From: a virus
Reading direction: 5' to 3' (one strand)
Length of the DNA stretch: 62,254 nt
IMG/VR virus record: IMGVR_UViG_3300045988_101293
Coordinates: 1 to 62,254 of that record
Made by a program: the position numbers and the translations under genes. Below are positions 14,969 through 22,843 of the stretch, piece after piece. Numbering within the stretch: the first letter of the stretch is position 1; every line of letters starts with the position of its first letter. The notes under the pieces were generated by a model. The model was given only the letters and a program-made list of their open reading frames with translations. It searched no databases and was not told where the DNA came from.

Positions 14969-15451
14969 TCACTTACGTTTTTTGTATATAAAGTAGTAGA
15001 TGATTGCAACAATCGCAACTAATAAAATAGAGTAAAAAGCAAATTTCTTCGCTTCGTACAATGCAGATGTTTCAGCAACTTTCTTTTGTTTTGTACTTAT
15101 CGTTGTTTGCTTTCCTTTGCTATTGCTTACACGCTGAACGTTGCTCGCATGGCTATTCGCGCTCAGCGCGTCCTTATTATGATACACTTTCCTGTCTCGG
15201 TACACATATTTTGTCAGCACTCGACCTGTGGTGTCTACCACAACGTATGTAACCATGTTGTCTGTTACGCTGTCGGTTGTTTTATGAGTGGAAATAACCT
15301 TGATGGTGTCATACACTTGTAGCGTGTCGCTATGGTGGATGATGAGTGTATCACTCGTTCGCTCCATGCTCTGCACCACCTTGCGCGCGCAACTGCTGTG
15401 CAAGACAACTGCACAGAAAATGACAAGAAGAAAACTACAAATTCTATTCAT
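14969..15451 (-). CDS. Lipoprotein-signal plus C-terminal TM protein (unimolecular-spanin-like topology)
   Basis: N-terminal MNRICSFLLVIFCAVVLHSSC (signal plus Cys). C-terminal FAFYSILLVAIVAIIYYFIYKKRK. Confidence 0.45.
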   Translation of the reverse strand: MNRICSFLLVIFCAVVLHSSCARKVVQSMERTSDTLIIHHSDTLQVYDTIKVISTHKTTDSVTDNMVTYVVVDTTGRVLTKYVYRDRKVYHNKDALSANSHASNVQRVSNSKGKQTTISTKQKKVAETSALYEAKKFAFYSILLVAIVAIIYYFIYKKRK

Positions 15452-15467
15452 TTTTTACAGAATACAT

Positions 15468-15498
15468 TTTGTTATTTGGAACATTATCGTTACCTTTG
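15468..15498 (+). promoter_or_regulatory. Bacteroidota-type promoter (TTTG-N19-TAccTTTG) of hicAB
   Basis: TTTG at 15468..15471 and TACCTTTG at 15491..15498. Confidence 0.55.
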
Positions 15499-15522
15499 CA
15501 TTGTTCTAATAATAAATCAGCG

Positions 15523-15720
15523 ATGGTAAAATTTTCAGAGTTGTATAGGTTGTTAGAATCCAATGGTTGGGAAATCAAAAAAGGTTCGCGACATTTCAAA
15601 TATGTTCATTCCGATTTTGATTTTTTCATACCCGTTGGCCGTCATAAATCAGCAGAAGTGCCTACTGGCACACTAAATTCTATTTTGAGGGCGGCTGGGT
15701 TGAAACAACCTAAGAAGTAA
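15523..15720 (+). CDS. hicA: HicA-family mRNA-interferase toxin
   Basis: MVKFSELYRLLESNGWEIKKGSRHFKYVH...VPTGTLNSILRAAGL matches the HicA pattern. Confidence 0.8.
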   Translation: MVKFSELYRLLESNGWEIKKGSRHFKYVHSDFDFFIPVGRHKSAEVPTGTLNSILRAAGLKQPKK

Positions 15721-15768
15721 AAGAACCATGGTTCTCCGCTCCATATTAAGTGGAGCGGTTCTTTCTAT

Positions 15769-16191
15769 TTGAATAACCCCAAAATGCCAAGTAATATGAA
15801 ACTTAATGCTGTTATTGAACGCGGACAAGATGGCGGATTTGCCATCTGTGTTCGGGAAATGCCCTGGCTGCTTGGCTATGGCAAAACCGAATCAGAAGCA
15901 AGGGAAGATTTTAACGATGTTTTCAAAGAGCAAGTTGATTACTTCTTTGAGAAACACGGGAAATATCCAGATTGGAAAAATGCAGAAATATCGTTTACAT
16001 ACGATTTGACAGCATTCTTTCTTGCATTTCCCTTTATCAACGCCTCTGAATTTGCTCGTTTTGTTGGGCTTAACCCCTCTTTAATGCGCAAATACAAGCA
16101 AGGACTTGCATCAGCATCAGACAAGCAGTTGTACATTATCCAGCAAGGATTAAACAAGTTCGTTGACCATCTGAAATCTGTACAATTCTGA
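15769..16191 (+). CDS. hicB: HicB-family antitoxin with a C-terminal HTH
   Basis: LNAVIERGQDGGFAICVREMPWLLGYGKTESEAREDF (HicB fold) plus ASEFARFVGLNPSLMRKYKQG (HTH). Confidence 0.75.
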   Translation: MNNPKMPSNMKLNAVIERGQDGGFAICVREMPWLLGYGKTESEAREDFNDVFKEQVDYFFEKHGKYPDWKNAEISFTYDLTAFFLAFPFINASEFARFVGLNPSLMRKYKQGLASASDKQLYIIQQGLNKFVDHLKSVQF

Positions 16192-16242
16192 TAGGCTGCA
16201 AACATTAAGCCACCATAAGCAAAGATTTATTAGAACACCTTA

Positions 16243-16278
16243 CTGCCGCACGAGTTTGCCGTGTGGCAGTTTTTTTTT
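16243..16278 (+). terminator. Intrinsic terminator of hicAB
   Basis: CTGCCGCACG-agtttgc-CGTGTGGCAG followed by T9. Confidence 0.75.
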
Positions 16279-16279
16279 A

Positions 16280-16795
16280 TCAAACAAACTTTCCATACGC
16301 AAAGTGGTTCACCCGATTTAGCCAACCGTTTAAGTTCACTTTTTGGCTCGGATTTTTTGCCACAATAGCCCGATAAAACGCTATCCTGTCTTGCTTCAAC
16401 GCTCCAAACAACGGCAGCGGACTACGCGTGTTTACCGCCTGCAAGGTCTGCTTGCCCATGATGCCATCGGCAGTAGTCTTAACTATCCGCTGCAAGTGCG
16501 TCACGGCCGTCTTGACTCCGCTATTATAGGCCCAGTCCACAAGAATAAAAGCCACACTCTTGTCCTGTATGTAGTCAGCCCTGCACTTGTCCCAATAGTA
16601 TCTCTTGAATATGTGCTCCCACTCTGCATCACTGATGCGCTTCAAGTCCTCAACCGTCTTGTGCTGCCCAAACACACTGCGGTAAGTCGCCAATGTCACA
16701 CCCTTGTTAGTAGGGCCTCCCTTGTCAGCCTTTCTGTTGCAATAGCCGCCCTCGCGCTCCAGCACAAATGCCGCTAATTCTTTCCAATTTTCCAT
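16280..16795 (-). CDS. Endolysin, glycoside-hydrolase-108-type N-acetylmuramidase with a peptidoglycan-binding tail
   Basis: LEREGGYCNRKADKGGPTNKGVTLATY...YYWDKC...DWAYNSG...ADGIMGKQTL...GWLNRV. Confidence 0.8.
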   Translation of the reverse strand: MENWKELAAFVLEREGGYCNRKADKGGPTNKGVTLATYRSVFGQHKTVEDLKRISDAEWEHIFKRYYWDKCRADYIQDKSVAFILVDWAYNSGVKTAVTHLQRIVKTTADGIMGKQTLQAVNTRSPLPLFGALKQDRIAFYRAIVAKNPSQKVNLNGWLNRVNHFAYGKFV

Positions 16796-16811
16796 CTATA
16801 TTATTATTGTA

Positions 16812-17429
16812 TTATATCCATTTGAGTGTTGTTGTGCCATACGAACCAACCTCCCACTCGTACCAAGCATAAGCAACGGCACTACCTATTTTCCGCATAC
16901 GTTCAAATTTTCCATTCTTAGCACATACAATGCGTCCGCTGAATTGGTAAATTCGCTTAGGAGGATATTTGTCAAAAAGAATTTCTTTGCGTTTCTTACC
17001 CTACAAAAAAGTTGTTTTCAAAAACATAAACACCTTGTCATTGGGCTTAATCAACTTTAAGGCATGAAGAATAAATTCATTGGCAAATTTGTAAGGAGGG
17101 TTGGTGAGAATGCACATCGGTTCACTGCCTTTAAAAGGTACTTCTTCGGTCTTTAAAAAGTCAATACCAGACAAACCATAACCTCTGTCTATCAAGTCGG
17201 TGCTACAAACGTTATAGCCATTCTCAACAAGTCGCTTGCTTAAATGCCCCTCGCCACATGAACATTCCCAAATGTTGTGTGGCAATAAACCATTTTCAAG
17301 TAAATAGTTTAATACAATAGGGTCGGTTGCATAATAATCGTGTTGCTCTCTTCGCCCGTTTGAATGCCCCACGGCTCCAAGGCATTTAAACACGGAATTA
17401 TATCCACCCGTCCAATCATTATTTTTCAT
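16812..17429 (-). pseudogene. N6-adenine DNA methyltransferase (NPPY) interrupted by an in-frame TAG at 17003..17001; pseudogene or amber readthrough
   Basis: CSCGEGHLSKRL (SAM motif) and ILTNPPYKF. The ORF ends ...LKTTFL-TAG and continues in frame as GKKRKEILFDKYPPKRIYQFSGRIVCAKNGKFERMRKIGSAVAYAWYEWEVGSYGTTTLKWI to the TAA at 16814..16812. Confidence 0.7.
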
Positions 17430-17691
17430 CGTTCTTTAGTTCTTTCTTTTCGCCATAAACTTTGGTGATGCCTGCCGTTACAAACAAACTTGCCACACTA
17501 CCCACAAAGGCACTTAGGCCCATAAGGTCGGTACGTATAGTTCCGTTAGTAACCACCTCCCACACCATTACAAATGCCACACAAAACAACAACAAGCAAC
17601 CTATCAAGGTGACGGCCACCAAAAAGAATGCCTTGCTGCTATGGCCACTATTTACGCGAATGAGTTCTGTTAAATACTTTGTCCATTTCAT
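17419..17691 (-). CDS. Holin-like protein with two TM helices
   Basis: Start MKWTKY (ATGA overlap). TM1 AFFLVAVTLIGCLLLFCVAFVMVW, TM2 LMGLSAFVGSVASLFVTAGI, charged C-terminus. Confidence 0.5.
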   Translation of the reverse strand: MKWTKYLTELIRVNSGHSSKAFFLVAVTLIGCLLLFCVAFVMVWEVVTNGTIRTDLMGLSAFVGSVASLFVTAGITKVYGEKKELKNDEK

Positions 17692-18077
17692 TGCTCTGGG
17701 TGATTGCTTGAAGCACAAATCAGTTGCGGTGGCTGTCGGTTTGGGCAACCATACACCGTACATTTTTGGCTCTCGGCATATTTGAATTTAACCGTCAAGT
17801 CAGCCATCTCCTTTTTTAGTTGTGTAAGTTCATCACGCTGTTGGCCTAACTGCACATAAAGTCCGTCAATCTTTTCGTTTAAATCCTCTTCGTGCTTTAC
17901 TTTTTCTTCATAGAGTTCTCGCCATTGCGCTGCATATTGTGTAATGTTTTCGGCTTCGGCCTTGCTCGCCTTTGCTGCTGCTTCCCTCTTTTTTGCGTCA
18001 TAAAAAAGGAATACGCCAAGTAAGGGTAAGGCTACTCCCGTTACAATGGCTGATATGGTTTGTATAATTTCTGTCAT
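17688..18077 (-). CDS. N-terminal TM plus coiled-coil protein (i-spanin-like or lysis regulator)
   Basis: IIQTISAIVTGVALPLLGVFLFY followed by a long heptad-rich segment. Confidence 0.4.
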   Translation of the reverse strand: MTEIIQTISAIVTGVALPLLGVFLFYDAKKREAAAKASKAEAENITQYAAQWRELYEEKVKHEEDLNEKIDGLYVQLGQQRDELTQLKKEMADLTVKFKYAESQKCTVYGCPNRQPPQLICASSNHPEQ

Positions 18078-18188
18078 TTTTTCGCGATTTTATTTGCATG
18101 GGTATTTTATTGTTTGTAATTTTGCATTGAAAGGTTGTAAGATCTCAATAGAGATGAGTGTGAAACACTATACTTTATTACGTGAATC

Positions 18189-19682
18189 TTACATCCTTTT
18201 TTTTATTACTCCGTTTTCAATAATTATTTTTAATTTAGGGCCATAATTTTTGTAATTACTGAAACAATTACTCCATCTTTTTCTTTTATTGACAATAGTT
18301 TTTGATACATAAAAGACTCCGTGCTTTGTCTTAAGAACTTTTTTGTCTTTTATTTTACATATTCTTTTACCATAATACTTTTTCCCTTTATCCATTATAA
18401 AATCGATTTTTCCTTCTTCATTAAAAACACCAAACGTTTTCCTCTTTTCTTTGAAAAACTGGAGATAAGGAACGTTATTTATAGTATCGCCAACTCTTAC
18501 AGATGGCAAAGGAATATCAAATACGACTTTATTTGCTTCAACTTTTCTATAAAGAGAATATGTATCAAAACAAAGTTGTTCTGAAAGATTTGAAACTCTA
18601 ATAGTGTTCGCTTCAAGACTAAAGCCTTCTTTCTTTATTGTAACTAAGGCAGGCATACTTGTCTTGCAACACAAAACTTGACTTACAGAAACATCTCTAT
18701 TGAATACTTGGAAATATGTGTCGTAATTGTCATTATTTATAATAGTACCATTAGGAATTATATTTTGGCTTCCTTGTGTCGTATTAGGAATCGTATAATA
18801 CGTCTTTCCATCATTAGGCACAGTTATCGTATAACCTTCATCAACAATATACTTACGAGGTATAGAGAACCGAATATCATTATCAAAGAAATACTTCATG
18901 CCTTTTCTTGGGTGCAAAGGAATAGCCTTACGAACAACAACTTTAAAGTCGGGATTAGACAACTTCTTCAACTTCGCTTTTGTGTTAGTTGGCACATTGT
19001 CTAACTTTTGTTTGTCGGCAGCAGACATTAAGCCATCTTTTTCACTTGTTGCAGCATCGTGCAAATCACTATACGAAGGAATAACACATTCTCGCGACAA
19101 TATATATTCTTTAGATGTACCTATACTCAACCCACTACTGCCTTTAAAGGGGGTATATACTTTCCCATCATTCAGACGGAATGCTACTGGAGTTCCATAC
19201 TTGTAAAACTCTTCCTCGGTTTGCCCTATAACTTGTTGACAACTATATCGCTCTATGTTGGTCGCACTTTTGCGCAATCCGAACCATATCATATACTTTT
19301 CGCTGTGTACACCTGACATTATGCCTTGCGTGCAAAATACTTCAAAAGGACTTCCCTTTTTGTATTCTGTTGGAGTTGAGCTGTCATATATACCTTTACC
19401 AATAGTACCACCTAACGTGTTGTTATTTGTATTTAAAATATTATTTGGACCAAATAGTTTTTTGTCTCCTGCGGCCGCGTGTAAGGCTATTGCAGCGCGT
19501 GCACCCTCGGCAGAAATATCAGGTTTCCCTCTTCCTACAACCTCGCCATTCATTACAATGCTTTGTTCTGTCGTAACGTGTAGTATAGCAGGGTTGGTGG
19601 CTGATAAGGCCTCCTTTTGTGTTGACCCAACATCAAGTCGCCAAGGTTTGCCTTCAAGTGATTTCCAATCTTTTGTTGCCAT
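18189..19682 (-). CDS. Tail fibre / receptor-binding protein (shares its N-terminal module with 21573..22103)
   Basis: N-terminal MATKDWKSLEGKPWRLDVGSTQKEALSATNPAILHVTTEQSIVMNGE compares with MKKPWKDIEGSEVRVDVGSTREQALGDKMPAEVLCFTTDNRIVMNGE. Confidence 0.5.
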   Translation of the reverse strand: MATKDWKSLEGKPWRLDVGSTQKEALSATNPAILHVTTEQSIVMNGEVVGRGKPDISAEGARAAIALHAAAGDKKLFGPNNILNTNNNTLGGTIGKGIYDSSTPTEYKKGSPFEVFCTQGIMSGVHSEKYMIWFGLRKSATNIERYSCQQVIGQTEEEFYKYGTPVAFRLNDGKVYTPFKGSSGLSIGTSKEYILSRECVIPSYSDLHDAATSEKDGLMSAADKQKLDNVPTNTKAKLKKLSNPDFKVVVRKAIPLHPRKGMKYFFDNDIRFSIPRKYIVDEGYTITVPNDGKTYYTIPNTTQGSQNIIPNGTIINNDNYDTYFQVFNRDVSVSQVLCCKTSMPALVTIKKEGFSLEANTIRVSNLSEQLCFDTYSLYRKVEANKVVFDIPLPSVRVGDTINNVPYLQFFKEKRKTFGVFNEEGKIDFIMDKGKKYYGKRICKIKDKKVLKTKHGVFYVSKTIVNKRKRWSNCFSNYKNYGPKLKIIIENGVIKKRM

Positions 19683-19766
19683 ATCGTTTTATGTGTTAAA
19701 TCAGAAAAAGATGGAAACTTTCTTTTCTAAACCTCCATCTTTCTCTAACAAAGTTATTTATGCTAA

Positions 19767-20693
19767 TTATGCAAGCGTAAGCAATTTTTCAAGAGCTGTG
19801 ATTCTATTTCTTTCTCTTTGAAGGTCTGAAGGACCTATTGTAGATGATAAAGTGCCATCTGATGCTTTTGTAATTAACACACCAATAGAACCTATTTCAA
19901 GTTCTATATTTTTGCTACTTGTATATTTTGATGTGTCTGAACTATTATATTCCTTGCAATCATAGGCGTATGCTTTTGAACAATTCATTACTCCGCTATT
20001 ATCAAGCACACCAAAGGAGTTTTCTCTAAACTTACGCGACACCGTAACACCTGCTTGAATAGCACTAAACAATGCGTCAAACGTTGGGGCATTCGTCCCA
20101 TTAAAATATCCAGCTATTGTTTCAGAAGTTGCGTCTTTTGTAGTAAAAGGGTCATAAGTTTCAAATCCTACCTTTTTGCTTTCAAGAACAATGCCTTTTT
20201 TGGCTGTATTCGCTTCTAAAGTTGCCTTATCGGTTGCGTAGGTGGTTTGGTCAACTTTCGTGGCAAGTTTGGTGTTAACTTCGGTCTTTGTGTAATACTG
20301 ACTAAGGTCTGTGATACCACCAAGTGGGTCAAGATTTGCTTCAGTTCCTACACCTGCTCTAAAACCTGTTTTTACGGCCACATTAGTACCTGCTTTGTAG
20401 GTCTTACCTTCAAAAGTAAAATCATTAGTAACATTGAATACATCACCTACAGAACAAGTCAATGCGTAAATTTCCGAAAGACTCGCAACCGATTTTTTAT
20501 ACTTATATACGCCAGCAACAGCAGTATTAATCTGAGAACCAACTGCGTTTACTTTTGAATATAATTCTGCATTTATAGCTTGCTGATTCTTATTTAGAGA
20601 GACATCCTGCACTTGTTGTGCTTCAGCTAAGATTCCTTCTTGGGCTGTAGACTTTAATCGTCCTGTAAATTTAATATATACTGGATTCGCCAT
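19767..20693 (-). CDS. Tail fibre-like protein
   Basis: Thr/Ala/Gly-rich. C-terminal RNRITALEKLLTLA resembles the C-terminus of 21573..22103. Confidence 0.45.
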   Translation of the reverse strand: MANPVYIKFTGRLKSTAQEGILAEAQQVQDVSLNKNQQAINAELYSKVNAVGSQINTAVAGVYKYKKSVASLSEIYALTCSVGDVFNVTNDFTFEGKTYKAGTNVAVKTGFRAGVGTEANLDPLGGITDLSQYYTKTEVNTKLATKVDQTTYATDKATLEANTAKKGIVLESKKVGFETYDPFTTKDATSETIAGYFNGTNAPTFDALFSAIQAGVTVSRKFRENSFGVLDNSGVMNCSKAYAYDCKEYNSSDTSKYTSSKNIELEIGSIGVLITKASDGTLSSTIGPSDLQRERNRITALEKLLTLA

Positions 20694-20713
20694 TTGTTTT
20701 TCCTCCTCTCTTT

Positions 20714-21544
20714 TTAAATTGTGATATCATGTGAACTTACGCTTTGTGCTGATGCGAGTCTAAACACTTCATAAGTAGCACTATTATAAGTTACATTAGT
20801 TGACTGCTTAATAAACGGAACATCACTAACACCTTCGCTGGCATGGTAAACACCTTCCTTGTCGGCAGTTGCAAACTTGCCTTTGCCCACACCCGTAGGA
20901 ATAAGGATATAAGCATACTGTCCCTCAGCAAAGGTGAAAGCATAAGTTCCTGCTGCCGATGCGGTAGCAGTCTTTTTGGTCAATCCCGTAACTGCCGAAA
21001 TTGTTTCTGCTGAATTAACACCATAGTAAACGGGATAGTAGGCTCTGATTTGTGCTGAATACACTACCTTTTTCACCCCATTGTGTGTAACTGTGGCCAT
21101 GTATCGTTCATCGGCCTTAAGTGTGGCAGTAGTGGCTTGTGCGCCTGTTTTTGATAAATCGGCCACAAGCGTTTGGGCAGTGGCAGCACTATTAGTTAAA
21201 GTAATAGAGTCGGCTGCAACATAAGATCCGTCCCACTTAGCTGCAACAACCACCTTAACACTCGTGCCATCTTGCTTATCAACATAAGGTGCTGAGGTGG
21301 CAGTGCCATTAACATAAGTGATTACCTCAACTTGCAGTCGGGCATTGTTCTCCTCAGTTATCTTTTTTGCCAAATAAGTACTCTCTGCATCTGTAATGCC
21401 CAATCGCTCACCATTAAGGTACAGCTCTTTGGTCATGCAAATGTCAACACGATTGGTGGTAGTGTCATTCTTCGCTGCTGCAACCGTCTTGTTTGCGGTA
21501 AAACCAATCATAGTTCCACTCGCAATTTTGTTTAAGTTTGCCAT
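20714..21544 (-). CDS. Tail fibre / Ig-like surface protein
   Basis: Ala/Thr-rich beta-type composition, located in the fibre cluster. Confidence 0.4.
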   Translation of the reverse strand: MANLNKIASGTMIGFTANKTVAAAKNDTTTNRVDICMTKELYLNGERLGITDAESTYLAKKITEENNARLQVEVITYVNGTATSAPYVDKQDGTSVKVVVAAKWDGSYVAADSITLTNSAATAQTLVADLSKTGAQATTATLKADERYMATVTHNGVKKVVYSAQIRAYYPVYYGVNSAETISAVTGLTKKTATASAAGTYAFTFAEGQYAYILIPTGVGKGKFATADKEGVYHASEGVSDVPFIKQSTNVTYNSATYEVFRLASAQSVSSHDITI

Positions 21545-21572
21545 TGTTTAAAAATGATTATATAATGATTAA

Positions 21573-22103
21573 TTAAACCAGTGTAAGCAACTGCTTAAGT
21601 TGTTCCACTGTTTTTTCTAAAGCTTCAATCCGTCTAACTTGTGAAGGCTTAATGTCGTATAACGATACTTGTTCGTCACGTGCTTGCTTGTAAAAGCCAA
21701 TACGTGTAGTAGGCGATTCAAGGTAAAGAGTTGTTTCGCTTAGGCTTTTGTGAACATACACCTCAACCGACCCCGTGTCAGTGTAAAAACCTCTGCCACT
21801 TGCAATGCCACTTAGTATTTTGTTAAATAGTGAGAGTGGCATTACTTCGTTTACCCTTTCGGCCGTATCATCAGCCTTTAGCGCAAACACCTCGCCCTCA
21901 ATGTAAAGTGCAAAAGAGTCCTTACGAACTTCATCGACAATTTTGCTTGTGTCGGGAAACTCCTCACCATTCATCACAATGCGATTGTCGGTGGTAAAGC
22001 ACAACACCTCGGCAGGCATTTTGTCGCCCAAGGCTTGTTCACGTGTTGAGCCTACATCAACACGCACCTCACTGCCTTCTATGTCTTTCCATGGTTTTTT
22101 CAT
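21573..22103 (-). CDS. Short tail fibre-like protein
   Basis: Shares its N-terminal module with 18189..19682 and its C-terminal IEALEK..LLTLV with 19767..20693. Confidence 0.45.
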   Translation of the reverse strand: MKKPWKDIEGSEVRVDVGSTREQALGDKMPAEVLCFTTDNRIVMNGEEFPDTSKIVDEVRKDSFALYIEGEVFALKADDTAERVNEVMPLSLFNKILSGIASGRGFYTDTGSVEVYVHKSLSETTLYLESPTTRIGFYKQARDEQVSLYDIKPSQVRRIEALEKTVEQLKQLLTLV

Positions 22104-22843
22104 GGCTCTTCACTTTGTTGAGGTTGATACTGCTGAACTTGCTGAGGTTGTTGCTGAATAGTGTCAGTAATATCGGCCAACTGCTTAGCAGTAGTCAGTA
22201 ATACGGCTGCTTGTCCTTCAGCATTAAATGCTATTGTTGCTAAATAAGCAATAGCATACACAATGGGCCTATAAAGTCTTTCGGGCAATGAAATCTCGCC
22301 ACTTTTATTTATTTGGGGATTTGACAAATAGGTATAACTACACGCTGATTTACCAGCACATGAATAGGCTTCAAAGCAATAATCGTTATCGCCACTTTCA
22401 ATGTTCGGAACAAAAGCTAACACAGGCCTTTCGGGGCAACCCCTTACTCCTTCAACTCTACTACGCTGCAAGGTATATTCGGCATCAGTAGGAGTTATGA
22501 CCTCCTCTTCGGTAACAGGCATCAGCCAATCAGCCATACGGAACGAAACAAGTCGAAAGTAATCATTGGGTACTGCAACTTGTGCATAATAGCGTTTGTC
22601 ATTATCGAACACCTTATTGTATTCCACATTGGGTTTTTCTATCGTTGTTATGCCCTTACCTATCATGTGAATAGGTGCAGCACCAATAATGAGTTTCGCA
22701 CCATCTACTATTTTTGACTGAATAATCTCGTCAAGTGCCAGCGTATCATAGTCTCCAAAATCAGACAACATAGTTCCGTCCATATTTTGGTCAATGGCAA
22801 TGCGTACCTCTTTTACTATTTCATTTACTTTATAATTGGTCAT
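22100..22843 (-). CDS. Neck / head-tail adaptor candidate
   Basis: Immediately downstream of portal with an ATGA overlap. Q/P-rich tail. Confidence 0.35.
   Translation of the reverse strand: MTNYKVNEIVKEVRIAIDQNMDGTMLSDFGDYDTLALDEIIQSKIVDGAKLIIGAAPIHMIGKGITTIEKPNVEYNKVFDNDKRYYAQVAVPNDYFRLVSFRMADWLMPVTEEEVITPTDAEYTLQRSRVEGVRGCPERPVLAFVPNIESGDNDYCFEAYSCAGKSACSYTYLSNPQINKSGEISLPERLYRPIVYAIAYLATIAFNAEGQAAVLLTTAKQLADITDTIQQQPQQVQQYQPQQSEEP

Noticed and set aside
18189-22103. Diversity-generating retroelement targeting the fibre genes
   Set aside because: No reverse-transcriptase-like ORF exists anywhere in the window, and I found no template/variable repeat pair with A-specific differences.
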